Shown: positions 1 to 6,615 of the stretch, piece by piece
How the letters are laid out: every line of letters starts with the position of its first letter
Numbering within the stretch: position 1 is the first letter of the stretch
From: Pseudomonadota bacterium
Lineage (GTDB): Bacteria > UBA10199 > 2-02-FULL-44-16 > DYJF01
Assembly (NCBI GenBank): GCA_043823065.1
Contig: JBDRBB010000005.1
Span: forward strand, 1 to 11,493
Reading direction: 5' to 3'
Length of the DNA: 11,493 nucleotides
Made by a program: the position numbers and the translations under genes
Notes under the pieces: model-generated
What the model saw: only the letters and a program-made list of their open reading frames with translations
What the model was told of the DNA's origin: nothing
The model's database searches: none

Positions 1-228
1 AGCATCGCCAATTTCCAGCTCCGCTTCTTGGGCCAAAGGGCTGTGAGAATAACGCGCCTTAAACATTTCCAAACACTGAATGGCATCTTCATAATCTTTG
101 TCTTCCATCAATTTTACGCATTTTTTAATTTCATCTTCTGGCTCACCGCCGCCAATGCTAATTGGCTGCTTGGCACAGGCAAAAATTAAGATAGATGATA
201 TAGCGATTAAAAATAATGATCGTTTCAT
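1..228 (-). CDS. bamD: Outer membrane protein assembly lipoprotein BamD (N-terminal part, runs off the window edge)
   Basis: Not in the ORF track; translated by hand from ATG at 228: MKRSLFLIAISSILIFACAKQPISIGGGEPEDEIKKCVKLMEDKDYEDAIQCLEMFKARYSHSPLAQEAELEIGDA. It has a signal peptide with lipobox IFA-C18, then TPR-like helices (DYEDAIQCLEMFKARYSHSPLAQEAELEIGDA) typical of BamD/YfiO. Confidence 0.75.
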   Translation of the reverse strand, partial: MKRSLFLIAISSILIFACAKQPISIGGGEPEDEIKKCVKLMEDKDYEDAIQCLEMFKARYSHSPLAQEAELEIGDA

Positions 229-237
229 AATTTTGCA

Positions 238-265
238 ATATTAACGAAAATCCCTAAAAGAGCAA
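238..265 (-). promoter_or_regulatory. Candidate sigma70-type promoter for bamD
   Basis: Minus strand TTGCTC (265-260), 16 nt, TAATAT (243-238), ending 9 nt before the ATG. No Shine-Dalgarno is visible. Confidence 0.3.
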
Positions 266-278
266 GTGGTTTGCTTAG

Positions 279-501
279 TTTAAAATTCCCTATCGGGGAC
301 AAGGTCTTTGAAGCTGGCGCACTCAACCGGGCTATTCATCGCTAAAATAGCGCTGTTTTTAAATGCGCGAGTTAAATGTCTTTCTTCGGCAGCCTTTAAC
401 TCGCAAAAACAGTCGCTATTTTAACTCTTCATACGCCCTTATTTCGTAAGCTCGCGCCTAAAATAGCTTCAAAGACCTTGTCCCCGATAGGGAATTTTAA
501 A
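279..501. mobile_element. MITE/REPIN-like palindromic element with 37-bp perfect terminal inverted repeats and a nested internal hairpin
   Basis: 279-315 TTTAAAATTCCCTATCGGGGACAAGGTCTTTGAAGCT is the exact reverse complement of 465-501. Inner stems: 316-320/454-458, 343-352/414-423, 353-360/405-412, 367-376/395-404. No transposase is present in the window. Confidence 0.55.
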
Positions 502-547
502 TCTAACACCATAGCTACTAAATCTTTACCAAGATCAGATACGAGCC

Positions 548-788
548 CCATGTAACAATTGACGTAGGCGAAATGGGAGCGAAATCTTCTATTTAAGTTG
601 AGCGAAGGAAGTGTGTTTTGGCGGCCTCTGCGTAAGTCGCCATCTAAGCCTAAAGAGCGACGTCGCAGGGCAGGCAAATTTTCGGCGTATGAGAAAATTT
701 GCCGTAAGCCAAAACGCACTTCCTGGAAGCAACTTAGGTGAGAAGACCTGGTCGAGAGCCTTTTCGCCGATAGCCAATTGATATATGG
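548..788 (+). ncRNA. Unassigned ~240-nt highly structured element (candidate ncRNA or folded mobile repeat)
   Basis: Nested stems 548-554/782-788, 556-561/775-780, 567-573/762-768, 585-590/741-746, 591-600/730-739 and 606-622/708-724 (17 bp) lead to a junction with two hairpins (628-640/657-668, and 673-683/693-703, which is 11 bp perfect). Non-Watson-Crick pairs in the stems are G.U on the + strand. Confidence 0.5.
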
Positions 789-808
789 TTGAGCAGAAAT
801 TTGACGGC

Positions 809-836
809 TTGACATATGATTGGCGAAGTATAAAAT
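809..836 (+). promoter_or_regulatory. Sigma70-type promoter for the DUF1844-degQ operon
   Basis: TTGACA (809-814), 16 nt, TAAAAT (831-836). RBS GGAGGA at 851-856 precedes ATG 861. Confidence 0.55.
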
Positions 837-860
837 CTGGCCTCACTTTTGGAGGATATT

Positions 861-1163
861 ATGTCAGAAAACAAGGAAAGAGAGCAGCCAAGTCAGGAGC
901 AAGTCAAAGGCGGATTGACTTTAGATTTTTCCACTTTTTTCTTGTCCTTGGCTTCTTCGGTGCAAGTGCATTTAGGGTTAATACCCAATCCAGCCACCAA
1001 TAAAAGCGAAAAGGATTTAACCATTGCTCGCCAGACTATTGATATAATGAATATGTTAAAAGAAAAAACCAAAGGAAATTTGTCTGGCGATGAGCAAAGG
1101 TTGGTTGATTATATTTTATATGATCTACAAATGAAATTTGTAGAAGTTAATAAGGAGGAGTAA
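861..1163 (+). CDS. DUF1844 domain-containing protein
   Basis: The pattern LDFSTFFLSLASS..HLG.IPNP..DL..ARQTID..NMLKEKTKGNL..DEQ..L.DLQMKFV matches DUF1844. Start moved from TTG 849 to ATG 861 because GGAGGA lies 4 nt upstream of 861. Confidence 0.85.
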   Translation: MSENKEREQPSQEQVKGGLTLDFSTFFLSLASSVQVHLGLIPNPATNKSEKDLTIARQTIDIMNMLKEKTKGNLSGDEQRLVDYILYDLQMKFVEVNKEE

Positions 1164-1166
1164 TCT

Positions 1167-2651
1167 ATGAACAAGAAAAGGTTTTCTTTGTGGTCCTTGG
1201 TTATTGTATCTTTTGTGAGCGCTACCTTGGCCATAGCCTTTGTGGCTAAGATCGGAAAAGTCAATATTACCAATGCTGCTGAGGATAAAATTTATCATAG
1301 TCTTGAACAAGACTTGAGGGAAGATCAAATTAAACCAGCTTCTTGGTTTGAAGCAAGACCTTCTTCATTTGCGGATCTGGCAGAAAGAGTGCAGAGCGCA
1401 GTAGTCAATATTAATACTAGTAAAGTTGTGAAACAGCCTCAGTTCAGACAATTTGGACCACGCGATCCTTTTTTTAATGATTTTTTTGACAAATTTTTTG
1501 AAGGCATGCCTAGGGAGCAACAGCAAAATAGCTTGGGCTCAGGTTTTATTATAAATAAAGACGGCGATATTTTAACCAACAACCATGTGGTATCTCAGGC
1601 TGATGAAATTGAAGTAGTGCTGGCAGATGGCCGAAAATTTAAGGCTGAAGTAAAAGGTAAAGATGAAAAATCAGATATAGCGTTAATTAGCATTAAAAAC
1701 GGGGGCAAGGATTTGCCATATCTAAACCTGGGAGATTCTGAAAAAATGAGGCCTGGAGATTGGGTTATGGCCATTGGTAATCCTTTTGGTTTGGAACATA
1801 CCGTTACAGTCGGAGTTGTTTCAGCAAAGGGCAGAATTATTGGCGGCGGGCCTTTTGCTAAATTTATTCAAACTGATGCTTCAATTAATCCAGGAAATAG
1901 CGGCGGACCGTTATTTAATATGAGCGGAGAAGTGATTGGTATTAACACTATGATTCATGCTGGTGGCCAGGGCATAGGTTTTGCCATTCCCATTAATATG
2001 GCAAAGGATATGCTTCCTCAGCTGGCCAGTAAAGGCTCTATTACTAGGGGTTGGCTGGGAGTTATGATTCAAGATATAACTCCAGAACTGGCTAAATCAT
2101 TTAAGTTAAAAGAAGAAAAGGGCGTATTAATTGCTGAAGTTTATTCTGGATCTCCAGCAGCTAAAGCTGGTTTGCATCAGGGTGATATTGTACTTAAGTT
2201 TAATGGCAATGAAGTTAATGAACCTTATGATTTAAGCTTGGCTGTTAGCACCACTGAACCTGGAAAAACAGCTACCTTGTTGGTTTTGCGTGATGGGGAG
2301 GAAAAAGAAATTAAACTAAAGATTGGACAACAAGAAGAAGAAACTGCCGCTAAAGTTGGCCAACCAGATACGCTTGGTTTAGTGGTCAAACCTTTAAGCT
2401 CAGTTGATCGTGCCCAACGCAATATTCCAGAAAGTGTGGCTGGGGTTGTTGTTACTAGAATCGAGCCAGGCTCTTCAGCAGAGAGCGCTAACATTGTGCC
2501 TGATGATCTAATTCAAGAAGTGAATGGAGTTAAAATTAACAGCATGGCTGATTATAATAATGCGCTTAAAACTGTGAAAAAAGGTAAAGTAGCGCGCATT
2601 TTAATTAGACGGGGAGATGCCAGTATTTATTTGGCATTTACTGCACGCTAG
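1167..2651 (+). CDS. degQ: HtrA/DegP/DegQ-family periplasmic serine protease with two PDZ domains
   Basis: N-terminal hydrophobic segment, GSGFII, TNNHVV (His), SDIAL (Asp), IQTDASINPGNSGGPL (Ser), RGWLGV PDZ1 and a second PDZ. RBS AAGGAGG lies just upstream. degP versus degQ cannot be resolved. Confidence 0.93.
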   Translation: MNKKRFSLWSLVIVSFVSATLAIAFVAKIGKVNITNAAEDKIYHSLEQDLREDQIKPASWFEARPSSFADLAERVQSAVVNINTSKVVKQPQFRQFGPRDPFFNDFFDKFFEGMPREQQQNSLGSGFIINKDGDILTNNHVVSQADEIEVVLADGRKFKAEVKGKDEKSDIALISIKNGGKDLPYLNLGDSEKMRPGDWVMAIGNPFGLEHTVTVGVVSAKGRIIGGGPFAKFIQTDASINPGNSGGPLFNMSGEVIGINTMIHAGGQGIGFAIPINMAKDMLPQLASKGSITRGWLGVMIQDITPELAKSFKLKEEKGVLIAEVYSGSPAAKAGLHQGDIVLKFNGNEVNEPYDLSLAVSTTEPGKTATLLVLRDGEEKEIKLKIGQQEEETAAKVGQPDTLGLVVKPLSSVDRAQRNIPESVAGVVVTRIEPGSSAESANIVPDDLIQEVNGVKINSMADYNNALKTVKKGKVARILIRRGDASIYLAFTAR

Positions 2652-3169
2652 GCATTACCGTGGCTATCCATGGTAACAATGGCTGGGAAATTTTTAACTT
2701 CAAATTCCCAAATAGCTTCTGGAACGCCAAATTTTTCCAGAAGATGGACATTTCTAACTTTAGTAATGCGAGCAGCTAAAACTTGGGCTGCTCCGCCAAT
2801 AGTGTGAAAATAACAGGCGCCAATTTTTTGCAAGGCGGTTTGGGTTTTAGCTCCCATGCCGCCTTTGCCAATTATGCCCCGCAAATTATATTGCTCGATC
2901 AATTTCCAGGCATAAGGTTCTTCACGCATTGAGGTAGTGGGCCCAGCAGCTTTGATCTGCCAAATTCCGCTTTCCTGAACTACGATTGGGCCACAATGAA
3001 AGATGATTTGGTTTTCTAAGGAAATTGGGAGCTTTCCGCCTTCAAATAGATACTTGTGTACTGCATCGCGAGCCGTAAAGATAGTACCGAAAATTTCTAC
3101 GCGATCACCATTTTTAAGTGAGCGCATTTTTTCTTCAGTAAATGGCGAAGTAATTTTTAGTATAGCCAT
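2648..3169 (-). CDS. Class I (Fe-S) fumarate hydratase, beta subunit (FumA C-terminal/TtdB family)
   Basis: Motifs GTIFTARDAVH, IFHCGP, AAGPTTSMREE, IIGKGGM, FGVPEAIW, VTMDSHGN. Confidence 0.88.
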   Translation of the reverse strand: MAILKITSPFTEEKMRSLKNGDRVEIFGTIFTARDAVHKYLFEGGKLPISLENQIIFHCGPIVVQESGIWQIKAAGPTTSMREEPYAWKLIEQYNLRGIIGKGGMGAKTQTALQKIGACYFHTIGGAAQVLAARITKVRNVHLLEKFGVPEAIWEFEVKNFPAIVTMDSHGNA

Positions 3170-4035
3170 TCTAAAATATTTCCTTTGGCATTTAATTTAA
3201 TTCCTTGTCTCCTGAACGCCCAGCACATGTAAGAAACAGTTACATAATAGCAAGCAGGGTGGCGATTAAGGATGCCAATTTTGCAGTCCAATAGAGTTGA
3301 TTTACCGCCCAAACCCATGGGGCCAATATCAAGCTGATTAGCTTCTGTAAAAATTTCTTGTTCTAATTTGGCTAATTCAGGAACAGGATTTTGATCAGCT
3401 AAATTTCTCAAAAATTGTTTTTTAGCAAAAGCATAGCCAGTAGTGCGATCGCCGCCAATGCACGCGCTAATTATTCCTGGCGCACAGCCGCGACCTTGAG
3501 CTTGAGTGATTGCCTCTAAAATGCATTTTTTAACTCCAGCTATATCTCGCTCTGCACCAAGTTTTGCATCAGGCAAACTATATTGTGCGCTAACATTTTC
3601 TGAACCACCGCCTTTTATGATTAAACAAATTTCCAACTCATTTTGAGCGCTTTGTTCAAAATGAAAATAGGGTGTGCCTGCACCGATATTGTCTCCTGTG
3701 TTATTTTCAGAAAGAGGATCAACGCTGTTTGGTCTAAGCAGACCTTGCTGTGCTGCTTTTTTTACCGTGTTTTCCGTAATTGCTTTAAAATTGTTTTGAT
3801 CAAAATTTATTGGAGCTTTCACAAAAAAAAGCAGGCCACCAGTATCTTGGCAAATCGGTTGCTGCTTTTGTTTAGCCAGCTCGATGTTTTCCACAATTAC
3901 ATCCAGAATATAACGAGCATTGCTGTTGGCATCTTCTTGGGCGCGCGCCTCAGCAATTTTGCCAGCTACATCTTTCGGCATTTCACAAGTACACTTTTTT
4001 ATCAGCTCAAATATTGATTCTTCCAAATGTTGCAT
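3157..4035 (-). CDS. Class I (Fe-S) fumarate hydratase, alpha subunit (FumA N-terminal/TtdA family)
   Basis: PICQDTG, KGGGSEN, GRGCAPG, IGPMGLGG and YMCWAFRR, carrying the three cluster-ligating Cys. Fumarate is favoured over tartrate by resemblance to Bacillus-type FumA, recalled from memory and not searched. Confidence 0.9.
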   Translation of the reverse strand: MQHLEESIFELIKKCTCEMPKDVAGKIAEARAQEDANSNARYILDVIVENIELAKQKQQPICQDTGGLLFFVKAPINFDQNNFKAITENTVKKAAQQGLLRPNSVDPLSENNTGDNIGAGTPYFHFEQSAQNELEICLIIKGGGSENVSAQYSLPDAKLGAERDIAGVKKCILEAITQAQGRGCAPGIISACIGGDRTTGYAFAKKQFLRNLADQNPVPELAKLEQEIFTEANQLDIGPMGLGGKSTLLDCKIGILNRHPACYYVTVSYMCWAFRRQGIKLNAKGNILEWLY

Positions 4036-4041
4036 AAAAGC

Positions 4042-4070
4042 TTTCTAAAGAAAAAAAACGCTAGAGTCAA
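4042..4070 (-). promoter_or_regulatory. Candidate promoter for the fumarase operon, possibly leaderless
   Basis: Minus strand TTGACT (4070-4065), 17 nt, TAGAAA (4047-4042), 6 nt, then ATG 4035. No SD sequence. Confidence 0.3.
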
Positions 4071-4077
4071 TCTGTTA

Positions 4078-4172
4078 ACTTATTTATGCGGCTGTGTTTA
4101 CATCTCAAGCGAAAAAACGCAGCCGTACCCAGAACCTACTGACCTCGAAAGCTAGCTGACGTATGAATAAGT
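4078..4172 (+). repeat. ~95-nt folded palindromic element in the divergent fumarase/OPT intergenic region
   Basis: 4078-4090 ACTTATTTATGCG pairs with 4160-4172 CGTATGAATAAGT (13 bp, 2 G.U). 4087-4099 TGCGGCTGTGTTT pairs with 4115-4127 AAACGCAGCCGTA (13 bp, 2 G.U). Confidence 0.5.
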
Positions 4173-4180
4173 AAAATATT

Positions 4181-4209
4181 TTGACTTATCGATAAAAGTC
4201 CTTCAATAT
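4181..4209 (+). promoter_or_regulatory. Candidate promoter for the OPT operon with a palindromic spacer
   Basis: TTGACT (4181-4186), 17 nt, CAATAT (4204-4209). Perfect palindrome TTATCGATAA at 4186-4195. Confidence 0.35.
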
Positions 4210-4249
4210 TAAACCCTTGAAAATCAAATAAATCAGTTGGAGGTGAAAG

Positions 4250-5992
4250 GTGAAGCAACAAGTAGATGCTCAAGGTAGAATTATCCGCTATGGTCCATAT
4301 CCAGAACTCACGCTTACTGCAATCCTGGTTGGTTTTCTCATTGGTGCAATCATTACAGTTAGCATGGGTTATGCCAGTTTAATCCTGGGTTTTTCTCATG
4401 AAGGCTCAGATTTGGCAGCTATTTTGGGCTTTGGTGTGTTGCGCGGAATTTTGCGGCGCACTAGTATTATTGAAAATAACATCAACCAAACAATTGCTAG
4501 CTCAGTTAATGGCGCTTCAGCTGGTATGATGTTTTCAGTGCCAGCTTTGTTTATTCTTAATCAAACATCTTTTAATCCATATCTAATGGTATTTGCCTGC
4601 ATTGCCGGTGGAATATTGGGCATTGCCTTTATCATTCCTTTGCGCAAACAGATGATAGATTATGAACGCCTGGCTTATCCCAGCGGTATTGCTGTGGCCA
4701 CCATTCTTAAATCACCTGGCGCTGGTGTGCACAAAGCCATACTCTTGGCAATTGGTATTGGCATTAGCGCTATTATTCATACTTTAACCCAAGTTTTGCA
4801 TTTTGAAGATTTTGCTATAGGTACATATTTGCATCTACCTGATTATTTAAATATAACTTTTTATGTTTCAATCATGACTATTGCTGTTGGTTTTTTGTCA
4901 GGCAAAGGCGGGGTGTTTTTTGTGATTGGCGGTTATCTTTGCTATTTTATCTTAGCGCCCATGCTCAGCGCTCTAGGTTTGTTGCCAGCCCCAGAAGTAT
5001 TAACAGATTTGAGTATGAGCATGCCAACCTATCTTAGACTGACTTTATTTAGGCCAGTTGGTATTGGTATGTTAATTGGCGGCGCTTTTATGGGTATTAT
5101 CCTGGCTGCTCCTTTGATTAAAAGTGCAATTAAGAGTATGCACGATGCTTCTAAATCTAACAAAGCCATTGCTAAAGACGAGATGCCCATTAAATTGCTT
5201 TATGTGGCAGTGGTGGTAGGTGTGGTGGTGCTAACTATTGTAGCTTATATGTCTGCTGCAGAAATGGGTTTCTGGCGAGGGCTTGTCATGGCCTTGCTTG
5301 GCTCTTTATGGATCTGGACCGCAGGCGTTATTGTTTCTGAATGTTTAGGCAGAACCAATTGGTCGCCTTTAAGCGGCATGACTTTAATTGGCGTTACGAT
5401 TTTATTAATTGTGACTAGCGGGCTTTCCACAACAGCAGCTACTATATCGGCAATTATGGTTGGCGCAGCAATTTGCGTGGCTATTGCTCAAGCCGGAGAT
5501 TTAATGTTGGATTTAAAAACTGGTTATTTGGTTGGCGCTTCGCCGTATAAACAGCAGCTTGGTCAGTTCATGGGTACCTGGCTTGGTCCAATTTTAATTA
5601 TGGTGCTAATCTATGTTTTACATAAAGCCTATGTTTTAGGTTCAGATAAATTACCAGCGCCTCAAGGACAAGCCTTGGCCAGTATGGTGAGCGGTATATT
5701 AGGTGGTGAGGTGCCAGTAATAAAATATATTTCTGGCGCATCATTAGGTGCTTTGCTCAGTGCCAGCGGTATTGGCGGCTTGGGTGTGTTGGTTGGTTTG
5801 GGATTTTATCTGCCGTTTAGCATTGTCTTAACTTATTCCATTGGTTCACTTTTGCGAGTTGTTGTTGATTGGAAAAAGGGCCATCATTTTAGCCATGAAG
5901 TTGGTATTCCTATAGCTGCTGGTTTAATTGTTGGGGAAGCTTTAATTGGAGTAGGGTTTGCTATGTATTATGTGATTAGTGGGGCAGTTTAA
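4250..5992 (+). CDS. OPT/YSL-family oligopeptide (or metal-chelate) transporter
   Basis: Polytopic hydrophobic protein with PELT..AI..G, ENNINQTIAS, FIIPLRKQMI..ERL.YPSG.A.A.IL, P.SGM.L, DLKTGYLVGA.P.KQQ and LPAPQ motifs. GTG start with GGAGG at 4239-4243. Confidence 0.9.
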   Translation: MKQQVDAQGRIIRYGPYPELTLTAILVGFLIGAIITVSMGYASLILGFSHEGSDLAAILGFGVLRGILRRTSIIENNINQTIASSVNGASAGMMFSVPALFILNQTSFNPYLMVFACIAGGILGIAFIIPLRKQMIDYERLAYPSGIAVATILKSPGAGVHKAILLAIGIGISAIIHTLTQVLHFEDFAIGTYLHLPDYLNITFYVSIMTIAVGFLSGKGGVFFVIGGYLCYFILAPMLSALGLLPAPEVLTDLSMSMPTYLRLTLFRPVGIGMLIGGAFMGIILAAPLIKSAIKSMHDASKSNKAIAKDEMPIKLLYVAVVVGVVVLTIVAYMSAAEMGFWRGLVMALLGSLWIWTAGVIVSECLGRTNWSPLSGMTLIGVTILLIVTSGLSTTAATISAIMVGAAICVAIAQAGDLMLDLKTGYLVGASPYKQQLGQFMGTWLGPILIMVLIYVLHKAYVLGSDKLPAPQGQALASMVSGILGGEVPVIKYISGASLGALLSASGIGGLGVLVGLGFYLPFSIVLTYSIGSLLRVVVDWKKGHHFSHEVGIPIAAGLIVGEALIGVGFAMYYVISGAV

Positions 5993-6008
5993 AGATAAAG
6001 GAGAATAA

Positions 6009-6545
6009 ATGAAAGTATTAGGTTATTTATTATTTGGAATTGGGGTTATCTTTGCCAGTTTGGTGGCTGTGATAGATAAAGAACTGGTTAATTGGGTTTA
6101 TTTTATTCCTTTAATGATAGTTGGTATTATTGGCGTGATTTTAATTAGGGTAGAAACTCATCGCACTGCTAAGTGTGAACATAAAATAGATGCTGATATT
6201 CGCCAAATTGAAAAAAGCTTGGTCAGTATTGTGAATAAAATCAAAGAATTTAACCAAAAAAAGGATAAAATTGGTGTTTATGAGGTGCATAAGAAAATTG
6301 ATGAAATATTTGTCGATGATCTAGATAATTTTGTTGAGGCCAGGGAAAGTATTTCCCATTGTTATGGGGTGCAAAATTATGCTGATCTAATGAGTCATTT
6401 TGCTGCTGGTGAAAGATATCTTAATCGTTGTTGGACAGCTTCAGCAGATGGCTATATTGATGAAGTAAAGGCCTATATTGCCAGAGCAACAGAGCAATTT
6501 GTTATTACTTTAGAGCAGTTTAGGCAATTAGCAAAAAATTCCTAA
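6009..6545 (+). CDS. Hypothetical membrane protein (2 N-terminal TM helices + helical soluble domain), operonic with the OPT gene
   Basis: AAGGAG RBS at 5998-6003, 16 nt after the OPT stop. Two hydrophobic segments, then a helical domain containing HFAAGERYLNRCWTASADGY. Confidence 0.75.
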   Translation: MKVLGYLLFGIGVIFASLVAVIDKELVNWVYFIPLMIVGIIGVILIRVETHRTAKCEHKIDADIRQIEKSLVSIVNKIKEFNQKKDKIGVYEVHKKIDEIFVDDLDNFVEARESISHCYGVQNYADLMSHFAAGERYLNRCWTASADGYIDEVKAYIARATEQFVITLEQFRQLAKNS

Positions 6546-6551
6546 ACTTTA

Positions 6552-6570
6552 TGTCATCGCGAGGAGCCCG
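6552..6570 (+). repeat. Truncated TGTCAT-type REP-like palindromic repeat remnant
   Basis: TGTCATCGCGAGGAGCCCG resembles the 5' end of the widespread GTCATTGCGAGGAGC...GCAATC interspersed palindromes. The rest of the element is absent. Confidence 0.35.
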
Positions 6571-6574
6571 AACT

Positions 6575-6611
6575 AAGCCTTCTCCTCTTGTGAGAAGGCT
6601 TGTTTTGTTTT
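6575..6611 (+). terminator. Rho-independent terminator of the OPT operon
   Basis: Perfect 10-bp stem AAGCCTTCTC (6575-6584)/GAGAAGGCTT (6592-6601), 7-nt loop, followed by GTTTTGTTTT. Confidence 0.8.
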
Positions 6612-6615
6612 AAAT

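Noticed and set aside
601..729. Kink-turn or loop-E motif in the AGCGA/GGAAG internal loop
   Set aside because: The order of G.A pairs does not match either consensus.
548..788. 6S RNA, SRP RNA, RNase P or riboswitch identity for the structured element
   Set aside because: It is longer than typical 6S and lacks the zapA/ygfA context. No SRP helix-8 (CAGG...AGCAG) arrangement, RNase P P4 motifs or known riboswitch core was seen. 6S cannot be fully excluded without cmscan.
429..1003. ORFs 429..815(-), 589..846(-) and 785..1003(+)
   Set aside because: They run through the structured repeats, promoter or DUF1844 gene, lack convincing RBSs, and show no recognisable domains. Most likely spurious.
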